Shown here: positions 13,180 through 25,439 of the stretch, in pieces
How positions within the stretch are numbered: position 1 is the stretch's first letter
How the letters are laid out: every line of letters starts with the position of its first letter
Assembly: GCF_026210795.1 (NCBI RefSeq)
Contig: NC_089432.1
Span: forward strand, 372,001-436,000
Origin: Rhizophagus irregularis
Lineage: Eukaryota
Direction of reading: 5' to 3'
DNA length: 64,000 bases
Translations under genes and position numbers: made by a program
The notes under the pieces: generated by a model
Database searches by the model: none
What the model saw: the letters and a program-made list of their open reading frames with translations, nothing else
Told to the model about the DNA's origin: nothing

Positions 13180-14338
13180 TCTTGGAGTAGTTATAATTTT
13201 TATCTCAACCATGTGACACTACTTTTACAATCAAGTAAAATTAGACGATCAAATTAAATGTTTGAGATGCAGATCCCCTTAAAAACGACGATAGCCTAAG
13301 ACAAAAGTTAGTGAATAAAACAAAAGGAAAAGGAAAATAGTAATCGTTATAATTGAAAGTAGTATTTCTTTCTTTATATATTTTATTATTTGTTTTTAAT
13401 TGATTTTTATGATATTCTTTTTAAATTTACATTAAGAGGATTTTGTAATAGATTGTGAGGAGTGCATAGAAAACTTTCTTTTCAGCTTAAGTATTAATGG
13501 ATATATTGAGAAAGATGGTCCATTATATTATTACTTTAATAATAAGAAGATATATAAAAGGAAATCAATTATAAAAATTGTACTACAAAAGTTTATATTA
13601 TGGTTCTTGATCATTTTGATCATTTATATTATTGTGAAAAATGTGGTTATAGTAAAATATTAGAAAAATATGTATATTACGGGTATTGCATACTGCGGAC
13701 TAGTGGAGGTATATATGTGTGATTAAAACTCTTTTTATAAATGAAATTATATATTGTAATTTATTAATATTTTCGAATAAAGTGTTTTTTATAAGTTAAA
13801 AGAATTGCATTTTTTAATTTAACAATATATACAGATTGCGCTATTACGCTATATAGTTGTTGGTGTCAGAAGTCAGAACTGTCAGATGATCTCAATTTAT
13901 ATTGTCATTGTACGTAATTGGCTATAGTTTATTATAATGCATTCCCAAAAGGAAGGAGTAGGTATAAATTTGGTTAGGATCATGCAGCATCTATTGGGTG
14001 CATTTTTATAAATATTAAAAAAATTGATATCTTAATAATTTTAGCTATGAATAAATTAGTATCTTCTATATATATAGCCTAAAAAAGTATAATTTGTTAT
14101 TTTGTGACGATATATTATTTGTGCACAAAATTACAAATTATTAAAATTTTTTAAATTTTCGATTACATTGTATTAGTCATCAGTTATCATCCAAAGTAAA
14201 AAATGCGCCTTTTTATTTTTATTTATAAAGGTAAAAAGACAAAAATAAAAAAAAATATTTTATTAACAAAAAATGGTGCTTTCTTTGTTAAAATAAAATA
14301 AACAACAACTATTAATAAATATAATTTAAATTATCTTG

Positions 14339-14915
14339 GATCGGCCGGATAATCAATCGAATTAACTGGCAGATCCTACATTAATTACTATTTTTTCAAT
14401 ATTAATAAATATTTATTGGTGAATATTTTGTGATTTAGTGAATGGATAGGCTGCTGCGGCAAATTTGGTGAGGTGTTTATTTTTTTTGTAATTTAGGTTG
14501 GTCTTATGGTTATGGGTAAATGGATCAATTTTGTAATTTAAATTTGAGTTACCTACCTATGGATGAATGGATTGGCTGCTACTGATATATGCGGGTGAAT
14601 ATCTTTTTTAATCAATTATCAATTACATTTTTTTTTAAATAAATTTATTTTTCTTATAGTTTAGATTCAACCTTACAGTTATGGAGTTTTTTGTAATTAT
14701 ACTTAGAATCAACTGCTGCGGTAACATTGATATATACAGGTGAATTTTTTTGATTAATTATTAATTAAAATTTTTTATTTTACTAACTTTTTTTATTAAA
14801 CTTATTTTCTTTATTATTCTTATTTGTTTATTAAATTTATTTTATTTAATAAAATTTATTTTTTTTATACTAGTTTAGATTCGGATCAGCTGCTGCGGCA
14901 AATTCGATATGTTCA
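14339..14915 (+). repeat. Dispersed GGATCxGCTGCTGCGGCAA motifs separated by T-rich, intron-like spacers
   Basis: Copies near 14443, 14567, 14705 and 14881; several are followed by GGTGA donor-like sites and preceded by T-rich TAG acceptor-like sites. Confidence 0.5.
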
Positions 14916-15899
14916 ATGATTATTAATTAGTAATCAATAATTTTTTTTAGCATACTTGTGATGTATGTTGAGGTTACAGGTTTAAATCCTCCCCTCATGT
15001 ACTATCTCAACATTGATGTCCTCCCAAAACATGGTCTAGGTTTGGTTTGAGTAGCAATTTTTTTTTTTTTTAAAAAAAAAAAAATATTGGGCAATTTATA
15101 AGTAAAATCTCTTTGAAAAACAATTTATATGAACGAGGGAAATAATTTTAATATCTGTAAACCTATTCTGTTAAAATTTTTTTATTATACTTAAATGAAA
15201 AACAAAATTTATTATTCATTAAATAAATTATTTAAATTATTTATTATTTTATTAGTACAAACCAAATTTCGTAGCATTGCATTACTATCGAAATCTTCCA
15301 GCTTGGATTGTTCAATTAATGAACAATCTGAAATAAAGAGTCACCCATTCAAGGAATTAAACATATAAAACAGTCTGTTTACCTATCTGTTTTTGATTTA
15401 CATTTCAAACCCACCCATTAAATTTAATGATTGCACATATCACAACTGTCATCTATGTACTTTCTGTATCTAATGAAAGTATCAATAGTGGTATCTTACA
15501 AAAAGGTACCTTCGGACTCGCTCTTATCCTTGAAATCCTTTACTCCTGGTTATGAAACGGAATGATCAGGATCATGTGAATTTTTGTTATGCTGGGATCG
15601 CACATTTCCTTCCATCACTCACGTCACGTACGCGTTATAATATACGCCAGTTTAAGTTGCAAACACTCAAAGCATGATGTAAAAACTATTAAACTATTAA
15701 AAATAATATTTTATTAGTGATTCATTTGTATTAATACATCTAGAACAATTACATATATTATTTAACTAATCAATCTTAAAGGCGGAAAACTAGTGCACAT
15801 GATGATCTCATCCTACAAATCTGCAATAACTTATTGATCAGGGTAAATAATTTAGTGTAAGGAGTAATGCAAAATGCTACTTTCTTGCAATCTTGCTGA

Positions 15900-18256
15900 T
15901 TTCCTTTTGGATGGTGACGCTTCTAGCGGCTTTTCATTGGTGGGAGAATATTTCTGTACCTTACGCGATATATCTTGTAATTTTAAGTAATAGTCCATTA
16001 CCCTGCTCTATAATGTCAAATATGAAATTAGATCAACAATCATTTTTATAAAGTGATTACAGGACTCATACCTTGGAGAAATACACTTTTTCAATCACCT
16101 CATCAATCACATACAACTGGTCCTTGTTGTCTGGAATCGTAAAGTTCGTAACAGTGCCTACAATGTGTAGACCTTCTTTAATATGGTGCATCAGAATATA
16201 TTGTTGTTTCACGCTCTAAAATGATAAAGCAAGATACGATGAATAATTGATCAATAACTGTTACACAAACGTAATGTTACTTACGGTACACAAGCACACC
16301 CAAGCTTTGAATATTTAGAAGTTATTCTTCTGTTGCATTGCGTTTTAAGTGGTGCTGGCGTTGATAAAAAATTGATATTTGAATCACTATAAAGATAAAC
16401 AGACTGTGAGCTTTACTGCATAAATTCTTCAAGGCAAAGAATATCCAATAATTGCAAACCTTTGAACAGTTTTCCATATCCCCACAGCATCCGGTAAGAT
16501 CCACATTCATCACATTACCCACCACTTCCAAAAACTAATCTCAATTTCACATGCATTCACATATATCCTTTAGGATTCCATCAGGGTTTGACCCAAGGCT
16601 TACACGAGACTTTTGGACTTTTGTTTAATTTCAATGTCTTTTTCGTAAATTGCTCTCTATCTCTTCACTAGAAAATATAATATTTGATAAATAAAGAGAT
16701 TATTATTGTGTATGTACAAAACTACATATATAATAACATACTGATGTTGTCGCTCATATCTTAAAATGCCTTCAGAATTATAGGATTAACAAATGATTCC
16801 TGATAAGCTAGCTCCAATGTATTTGCATCTTGAAAGGTGAGGAGAACAAAAATACACTAAAAGATAATATAAAATTAATGACTGTGTTATGATACATTAA
16901 GTGACAAGTTATGCTTACAATCACTGATAGATGTCCTCATAGTCTTCGTAATTATCACTTGAAAATACATCATCATCATCTATCCTTGCTTCCTGGATAA
17001 AGACGAAAGACAACCAAGTCAAAAACTAATTTTGAGGAAGCAATTCATAAGATATAATATACCTTTCTGGACAACTCTTCACAAAGGAGGTTTACAGTTG
17101 TTTTGGAAACCTTTTGAAGTTCATCAAAAGAAGAAATAATATTAGCATGTGGTGCCATGCAAAAAAAGCTGCCACCTTTTCCATGGCAAGTGACGTTAAA
17201 TTAATGTTAAATAAAATTAAGAACCTTATTAAATAAAATACATTGCTTGGTTTATTATTACATAAAAATTATAAGACACGAATTTTGGGTTATAAAAATA
17301 TAATATTTATTGGGTTAAGATTATTACATTGTGAAAATAATTATAAGATTAATAAATGTAAGAATAACCTTTCCAGAATCATCCCCCTCAAATTCTCTCA
17401 AAAGTTACTCTTTATATAACGAATTTAAGGGTACTTATTTTAGGGTTATTAATTTATAATGTTTCACTATCCTTTAATGTTACATCATATTTACTATTAT
17501 TATTAATGTTTATCACAATGCGGGTCTATTTGTTTCATAATGAAATGATCTTCATCACGTGATCATTAATATTGCGCGAGGTGGTTTAATATTATTATTA
17601 CCTAATAAATTACTGACCTATTTACTACTTTTAATTTTGATAAAATTATGACACTACAGCGGCATAGACCAAGAGAGTGGATATGCACACTTCTCCTGTC
17701 GAAGCATACTTCTTAGAAGGAAGTAATCCATGCACCACATGCAGCCACCGCCAGCAGAAGCACCACATCGACGATGGATGTGGACTACTGGTAGCTCGGA
17801 CCACCCACACGCGAACAGACATCTGTTTTTGTGAAAGAGGCTGGTGACCGTCCACATCACGTGAAGTTTCTTCCTCCTATCTTACTCTCAAAACCAGCAT
17901 ACCTTTGTTCTCCTATTTTATAGGAGCTTTTTGGCAACACATAATTTTGCACCAGTTATGTTTCGAGACTTCGTCATATCAGCGGCTTCCAACGTGACTT
18001 CGGATCCAAAAATTGTTAGCCTTTTCTTCTTGAACATTCCTTCCCAACCATTTTCTAATCCTGTTTTAAAAGCGCGTAATACTTGTTCCCTTGATAAGCT
18101 ACTCGGTCGTGATTTTACCGTATTGTGTAAAAAATGCGACAGCTTCCACTCCAAAGGATTTACTCTATCGAAATAATCTGAGACATACCGTGGCAACTCC
18201 ATTGTTTCTTCTTCCACTTGTTCTTGTTTATTTTGGTGCGCTCTAGCTTTGACCAT
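15900..18256 (-). pseudogene. Multi-exon pseudogene of a Glomeromycotina protein family with a probable C-terminal restriction-endonuclease-like domain
   Basis: First exon MVKARAHQ...YFDRVNPLEWKLSHFL; later relics GSNPDGIL...EVVGNVMNVDLTGCCGDME (PD..E pattern) and IVGTVTNFTIPDNKDQLYVIDEVIEKVYFSK; frameshifts and an insertion at about 17190-17860. The 3' end is approximate. Confidence 0.55.
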
Positions 18257-19329
18257 AATGCAATAAATAATATTTTGTATTGTATCTTCAAAGTTTCGTG
18301 GCTTATCAAAAAAGGGAAAGTAAGTTTGACGTGAACATAAACAACAAACGCGAAATTGTAGGAAACAAACTCACATATATACAGTACTTAAATTCTGCAT
18401 TTTGGTTTCATGCACGTGATTCCATACACACGGATTGAGTAGTGCGTGATAATTAATATGTATTACATAAAGTTGCAACATGTTTTATAACAATTACATA
18501 TGATTTTATTTGAATTATTTTATTCATCTTCACCATCAATTTCTTCATTATTTATTTCCTCATCCATTTTAGTAAGAACTTATTACAGATAACTTTATTA
18601 ATTCAAAGAAAATTGGGTGAAAGAAAGGTTCCGAAGTAAATTGTAATTTTATCGCGTATCATTAATTTATAGTATATTGCAAAGTTAATAAAAAATGGTA
18701 TAAAGTCTATTTTGATGCGCAGTCATGCACATGCATGGTGCGATTGGTGCGTGCTGCATAGCATGTTATCATCACTACTATCATGCACCTCTACTTATTT
18801 CACATGGTTAATGGTTGATTGATTGAGATTTAGACATTTTCCACGTCATACAGAAACCTGCCAAATTCAAAAATATATCAGATATATAGCAGGTGTGCTT
18901 CTGTTAAGTGTTAACTCTCTTATAACTCGATGTTTATGATATATCGGACATATGTTAGAAATCAGGATAAAAATATGTTAGCAATCTATCGAATATATAT
19001 TAAAAATATAATATTTTTTTATATAATAATCATATATATCGAATATATTTTAAATCTTATGACGGGAGTGATCGACATTCATATTTATTATTAAACTATT
19101 ACATTTAATCATAAATTTTGTTATCTATCAAAAATAATTAAAAAATATTTTTCGGCAAAAAATTTTCTAAAAAGGCCGCAGCAGTCATCACGTGGAATTT
19201 TTTGATTGGATATGGGTTCTTTGATTGTCGTTAGAAACTAGGTAAAATATGCAAACAAGAATTTCTTGTTCTAAGAAATACCAAAAGGTTTTTAATGGCA
19301 ATCTAGAATAGATTTTATGAATTATAAAC

Positions 19330-19830
19330 GCTCTTTGGATTGGAGGAGTTTTTTGGAATTTGGAATTTGGAGAGAGGTATTAGGATGCGTGGACGGATGA
19401 GGATTCACTGTTCAAGGTCGATTACGATTACGCTTTCAGATTTTGGAAGGCTTCTTCCCCTTGGTTTTTTTGGACTATTGGATTTTTGTACAGCGTTCAG
19501 AACTGCCATTTTTTCATGGCCAGGCACAGGTTACGAAGCCGATTTCCTAAAAAAAAAGAAGAAAATTAAAATCGTTTTTTTACTGTAAAGTTTCGAATTA
19601 TTTTTCGAAACTTATCTGGATTCTCGAAGCTGATTTCCTACAAAAAAGGAAAACAAAAAATTTTTTTAAAAGCTTTACTTACAATATTTGGTATTTTCGA
19701 TTTTTAAGTTGAAGCCGATTTCCTATAAAAGAAAAAAAAAAGGTCAGAAATGATTTCGGGCTAAAAAAATTTTTTTTTTAAATCATAACTTGGAAATCCA
19801 GCGTTCATTTCGGAGCTGGGTAAAATATAC
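19330..19830 (-). repeat. Micro-exon-like repeats (acceptor TAG followed by GAAATCGGCTTC, three times)
   Basis: GAAGCyGATTTCCTA followed by an A-tract at about 19535, 19626 and 19711 on the plus strand. Confidence 0.55.
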
Positions 19831-20089
19831 TTAGCTGAATAGTCTGTTCCTTTTTTTTTTAAAAAAAAAAATCAATTTTACGGTATAAAAATCCTTTTTC
19901 TTTCTATGCTTTTGTTCAAAAGAAAAGTAAATTGATAAGTAAAAAAAAGATGATAAAAAATAGCTTTTTTTAAAAAGAATTCGGTCATTGGCACGTTAAA
20001 AAGGATAAAATTTAGTAATAAAAAAAAAGAAAAAATCGAATCGTTTATTAAACGTTTCTTTAATTATTAAGAAATTTATAGAGGGAAGA

Positions 20090-20260
20090 GAAAGGATGAG
20101 GGAAAAGGAAAGGCATAGGACGAGGGAAAGGGAAAGTATGAAGGAAGGGAAAAGTTTCGAAAAAGCTTAAAATTCTAAAAGGGATAAGGTTCGAAAAAGC
20201 TTAAAATTCTAAAAGGATAAAGTTTAAATTTTAAAAAGGGAAAAAGTTTCGATAGTTTAA
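20090..20260. repeat. Purine-rich low-complexity tract with short tandem repeats
   Basis: GGGAAAAGG-like repeats and a duplicated TTCGAAAAAGCTTAAAATTCTAAAAGG. Confidence 0.65.
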
Positions 20261-20999
20261 AATTTTATTAAATGAGTTTAATATTAATCACGTGATATAC
20301 GTAATAACTAAATAGAGAAAGGATTCAAAATAAACTTTAGTCGAAATTTATTGCAATAAACCATAAAATTCCACATGACCAAATTTATATACATTTCAAA
20401 TACTAAGAATTGCAAAATATATAAATTAAGAAATACATACAAATGTAACAGTCATAATTTTGCAATATTTTTTGCATATATCCGTAATAAATATTTTATT
20501 AGTTGTATTTCAGTATATAATAGAAATATTCCAAAAATATGTTATTTATATTACAAAAATATTTGTTAAATTATTAGTAATTTGGAAATATCATAAAGCT
20601 ATTCTGTCTATATCTATATGTCATTGATATTACAAAAATATTACATAAATTAAAATATGTTAAATGAATGCCATCTATTAGTGATATGTTTAACATTTTA
20701 TGAAAATCAAAGATTCAGCAAAGTAGTAAAAAATAGATCGCCAATGGACAATGATAGATAGTGTTATGTCGTATTTGATATCAAAGTGAATAGAAATAAT
20801 GTACTATTCAAAAGATAGGAACCACAAATATATATGTAACTGTCAAAAACATCTAATACGATCAAATCGGATAATTCACTATATTTACAGTTCATCGCCA
20901 ATGTCTATTATAATATAATTTATTAGTATCTTATTTAAAACGTAAAATGTACAATTATAAACCATTAAAATCAAATACCTCTTAATTGTATAGAATTAG

Positions 21000-21390
21000 A
21001 AACTTCTAGGTCGTTTAATTGACTAAATTGAGAGCCGAAATCTATTAAACATATCGTTATATTATTTTTAGTTATTTTTCTTCTAAAATGATCTCAAAAA
21101 TAAAAAAAAATACCTCCATCGCTTTCTTCATTATTAACATAGTATGCCGTAGTTTTGGTAATAAATTGCTAAATGTGAACGTTCTACCAGTATATATAGC
21201 ATTAGAATTATTTTTGTATGAAGATGCGATGCTTGGCATTTTTTTATCAGATTCTTCAAACGCAGCCCTAACTTCTTTTTCTTCATAGGATAGTTTTTCG
21301 CATATTTCTTTAGGAAAACGTCTAGTAGAACAATACCAAAAAACTAATATCTAGATAATTCATCGCTGGTTGGTCTTTCGTTTGATCCAA
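21000..21390 (-). pseudogene. Kinase-family C-terminal relic
   Basis: EEKEVRAAFEESDKKMPSIASSYKNNSNAIYTGRTFTFSNLLPK resembles the AIYTSR tail of the intact kinases in this window. Confidence 0.6.
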
Positions 21391-21399
21391 TTTCTTATC

Positions 21400-22990
21400 A
21401 CCGGTCAAAATCTTAAAAATCAGAATCTTTCAGTAAAAAAACAACAAAAGTTTCGTTTGAAACCCACCATAGACCCAAGGAGATCCAAGAAGCCGAAAAC
21501 CTTACAAAAAAAAGAACAAAACATCAATATGGCAATGTTTCGGCAAAAAAATAACGATGAAGTTGAGTTTCATTTCGAAACTCACCCATAGGCCAAGGGG
21601 ATCCAGCTGAAAGACTACAAAAAAAAAGAGAACAAGAAACAATTAGTTAACATTTCTTAAAAAAAATAAAAAATTTCGAAGGAGCCGACCTAAAAACCGA
21701 AGACGATACCTATAAAATAGACAAAAGAAGAAACGATTAGTTTCTTCAAATAAAAATTAAAAAAAACTTTCTTAAAAAAAATAAAAAATTTCGAAGGAGC
21801 CGACCTAAAAACCGAAGACGAACCTATAAAATAGACAAAAGAAGAAACGATTAGTTTCTTCAAATAAAAATTAAAAAAAACTTTCTTAAAAAAAATAAAA
21901 AATTTCGAAGGAGCCGACCTAAAAACCGAAGACGATACCTATAAAATAGACAAAAGAAGAAACGATTAGTTTCTTCAAATAAAAATTAAAAAAAACTTTA
22001 AAGTAAATAGAATTTAATAAAAAAACTCATCGATCCTACCATTCCGGATCCAGGAAAGCTCAATTACCGATACCTGCAAAAAAAGAAAAAATTAAAAAAA
22101 TAATAATAAAAAAAAAATAAATTTAAAAAGTTCAAAGCAAATCTTACCAATCCAAGTCCAGGTGCCATCCAACGTCGAGAAATTCAACCGAAGAAGTCCA
22201 AGAAGCCAACGTCCGAACGGCAATTCCTACAAAAAAAGAAGAAATGATACCTTCCGAAGCTGAAATGAAGCCAAAAGGACCTACAAAAAAACGAAACCGT
22301 TAGTAAAAATGTTTTGTTAAAAATTCGAAGGTATATATCCTCGAAATCCCATATAACCGATCCTGGATCCTTACAAAAAAATAAAGCAAACAAGAAATTT
22401 ACCCCTGATTGTATTGCATGTCGGATGAACTGAATAAAACGAAAGAAGCTGACCCAAAAATCGAAGAGACCTACAAAATAGACAAAAGAAGAAATGGTTA
22501 GTATCTTCAAAACAAAATTAAAAAAACAAAAAAAGTTTAAAAGTTTCAAAATGAACCGTTTCGAGACTTACTGATCGTCTCATGATCCAGGAAGCTCAAT
22601 TTACCGATACCTGCGAAAAAAGAAAAAAAATCAAAAAATCAAAATAAATAAATATATAAATAAATAAATTTTAAAAAGTTTAAAAGTTTTGAAGCAAAGA
22701 TTTGCTTCGAAACTTACCAATTCATTCCAAGACCGATCTACAGCAAGGTACCGTCCTACAAAAAGGATACCGAAACCAAGTGGCGTCCAATGCCAAAAGA
22801 ACCGGATACCTACAATAAAAAAAACAAATTAAAAATATTATTACAGATAAGTTTCGGTAGAAACTTACCATATCGGCATATCCGAGTCCAAACCAAAGGA
22901 ACCGATACTTACAAAAAAAAAAATATGTAAAGTTTACAAAGCGAAGCACCAGCCCCAAAATTTTTTAACTTCTTTTGAATCCTTATCATT
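21400..22990 (-). other. Chain of micro-exon-like units (putative spliced non-coding RNA or repeat-derived transcript)
   Basis: Repeated poly-T plus YAG acceptors (often followed by GTATCGG), GTAAG donors at about 22147, 22717 and 22868, and CTAA branch-like motifs; no credible ORF. Confidence 0.5.
21654..21999. repeat. Three near-identical tandem units of about 115 bp
   Basis: TTTCGAAGGAGCCGACCTAAAAACCGAAGACGA starts at 21674, 21789 and 21903. Confidence 0.95.
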
Positions 22991-23005
22991 CTGTATAAAA
23001 AAAAA

Positions 23006-24534
23006 GATTTCAATGAGTATTTATATAAAAGAATTTTTAAATTAATACTTAAAAATTAAAAACTAATAATAAATTAAAAAAATATATTAAAATCTGACAA
23101 CTTTTCGGAGGCTGCCAGATTGAGAAATAAAAGAAAATGTTTAATCTGGTGACTTTTCAGGGACTACCAAATTAAACAATAAATTAAAAAAGATAAAAAT
23201 TAAAAAAAAAATACTAAATAATGATTTTTTAAAAAATTAATAGATTTTAAAATAAAAGATAATCTGGCGACTTTTCAGGGACTGCCAGATTGAGAAATTA
23301 AAGGGAATGTTTAATTTTGCGACTTTTCAGGGACTGCCAAATTAAACAATAAATTAAAAAAACTGAAAATTAAAAAAAATTACTAAATAATGATTTTTAA
23401 AAAAATTAAAAGATTTTAAAATAAAAGTTAATCTGGCGACTTTTCAGGGACTGCCAGATTGAGAAATTTAAGGGAATGTTTAATTTGACGACTTTTCAGG
23501 GACTGCTAAATTAAAACAATAAATTAAAAAAACTGAAAATTAAAAAAAAATACTAAATAATGATTTTTTAAAAAATTAATAGATGTTAAAATAAAAGATA
23601 ATCTGGCGACTTTTCAGGACTGTCAGATTGAGAAATTAAAGAAAATGTTTAATCTGGTGACTTTTCAGGGACTACCAAATTAAACAATAAATTAAAAAAG
23701 TTAAAAATTAAAATTAAAAGAAAATACTAAATATATGATTTTTTAAAAAATTAATAGATTTTAAAATAAAAGTTAATCTGGCGACTTTTCAGGGACTGCC
23801 AAATTAAAACAATAAATTAAAAAAGTTAAAAATAAAAATTAAAAGAAAATACTAAATATATGATTTTTTAAAAAATTAATAGATTTTAAAATAAAAGATA
23901 ATTTGGCGACTTTTCAGGGACTGCCAGATTGAGAAATTAAAGGGAATGTTTAATTAGGCGACTTTTCAGGGACTGCCAAATTAAACAATAAATTAAAAAA
24001 ACTGAAAATTAAAAAAAATTACTAAATAATGATTTTTAAAAAAATTAATAGAAGATAATCTGGCGACTTTTCAGGGACTGTCAGATTAAGAAATTTAAGG
24101 GAATGTTTAATTTGGCGACTTTTCAGGGACTGCCAAATTAAAACAATAAATTAAAAAAGTTAAAAATAAAAATTAAAAGAAAATACTAAATATATGATTT
24201 TTTAAAAAATTAATAGATTTTAAAATAAAAGATAATCTGGCGACTTTTCAGGGACTGCCAGATTGAGAAATTAAAGGGAATGTTTAATTTGGCGACTTTT
24301 CAGGAACTGCCAAATTAAACAATAGATTAAAAAAACTGATAAAACTGAAAATTAAAAAAATAAAAGATAATGATTTTTTAAAAAATTAAAGTTATTAAAA
24401 TAAAAAATAATGTAATATTATAAAAAGTTAAATAACACTGCGATTAAAAAAAAAAAAATTTTAAATAATTAATTATTTTTAACAAAAAAAAAATAAATAA
24501 ATAAAACAAAAAAATATAAATACTCATTGAAATC
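23006..24534. repeat. Module bounded by a perfect 21-bp inverted repeat
   Basis: GATTTCAATGAGTATTTATAT (23006-23026) and ATATAAATACTCATTGAAATC (24514-24534); no TSD seen. Confidence 0.85.
23091..24316. repeat. Array of 15 palindromic 31-bp repeats, consensus AATYTGGCGACTTTTCAGGGACTGCCARATT, with mostly alternating spacers of about 21 and 75-95 bp
   Basis: Copies at about 23091, 23143, 23262, 23313, 23430, 23482, 23600, 23651, 23776, 23900, 23952, 24057, 24109, 24234 and 24286. Confidence 0.95.
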
Positions 24535-25063
24535 ACCTTATATCCTGTATTGATTTTGGTCCTTAATTCGGGATTCAAAATACATTCTATGTTTCTTTCA
24601 TATGTATAGTATTTATTTCTCCAAAAAAATTTCTTATTTGACACCTTTGCATGTCTTTTACGTTTTATTATTTGGAGAATCCATTTCTGTAAATAAAAAA
24701 TTTTATTAGTATTATTGTATATATAAATTATATTATAATTAAAAATATTTTTAATTTTATGTGAAATAATATAATTAAATTATATAAATAATAATAAATT
24801 TTATAAACTGAAACTTACTATACAATTCAAAAAAATAAAAACGAAAAAACGGAAATTGAAAAAGTTTGTATGGTCCTATCTAGATGTTTCTAGAATGATC
24901 ATCAGTTATATATGAATTTTGATGATGATAATCGATAATCTTGTAAATCGTAAATTTTTTAAGGGATGAGTTTTTTAAATAACGCGAAAATTAGTAATCA
25001 TGCGAATTGAATTTATTTTTTTTGTTTTAATAAACCGAGTACTTTTTTAAACTTAGAAGTAAA

Positions 25064-25300
25064 ATGAGTGATATAGCAAGTAAGACACCTGTACAAAAAA
25101 ACAAAACAGCTGCTAAGCCTGGTACTCATAGAGGTTTGGAATTTTTTTACAATGTTGGACAAAAAAAAGATGGACACCAAAGTTGTAAATGTAATTACTG
25201 TCTATGACGTGGTGAGCCAAGTAATATAGAAGCACATTTAGCACATTTAGCACTTAGCTGTCATAAAATGCCTCTTGATATCAAAGAAAAGTTTTTACTT
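25064..25300 (+). mobile_element. BED zinc-finger relic of a hAT-like transposase
   Basis: EVWNFF..KKDGHQSCKCNYC..RGEPSNIEAHLA..C pattern (W, CxxC, H, C) with stops and frameshifts. Confidence 0.65.
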
Positions 25301-25439
25301 GTGATAAAATCACGTGATAAAATCAAATTATTAATTTAGAAGAAGAAAAATCTATATTACCAATAAAAAGTCGAACAACTATAAGGGCAAAACACCGAAA
25401 TAGTTTAAAGATATAGAAGAAAAATATACGTTAAGCAAC

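Noticed and set aside
22184..22958. Phe-rich ORFs as membrane proteins
   Set aside because: Their composition comes from poly-T intron-like tracts.
23018..23027. TATA box driving the micro-exon chain
   Set aside because: It lies within the 21-bp inverted repeat just upstream of a good acceptor, so it is more simply intronic; not fully excluded.
23091..24316. True CRISPR array
   Set aside because: Spacers are repeated and low-complexity rather than unique, there are no cas genes, and the context is eukaryotic.
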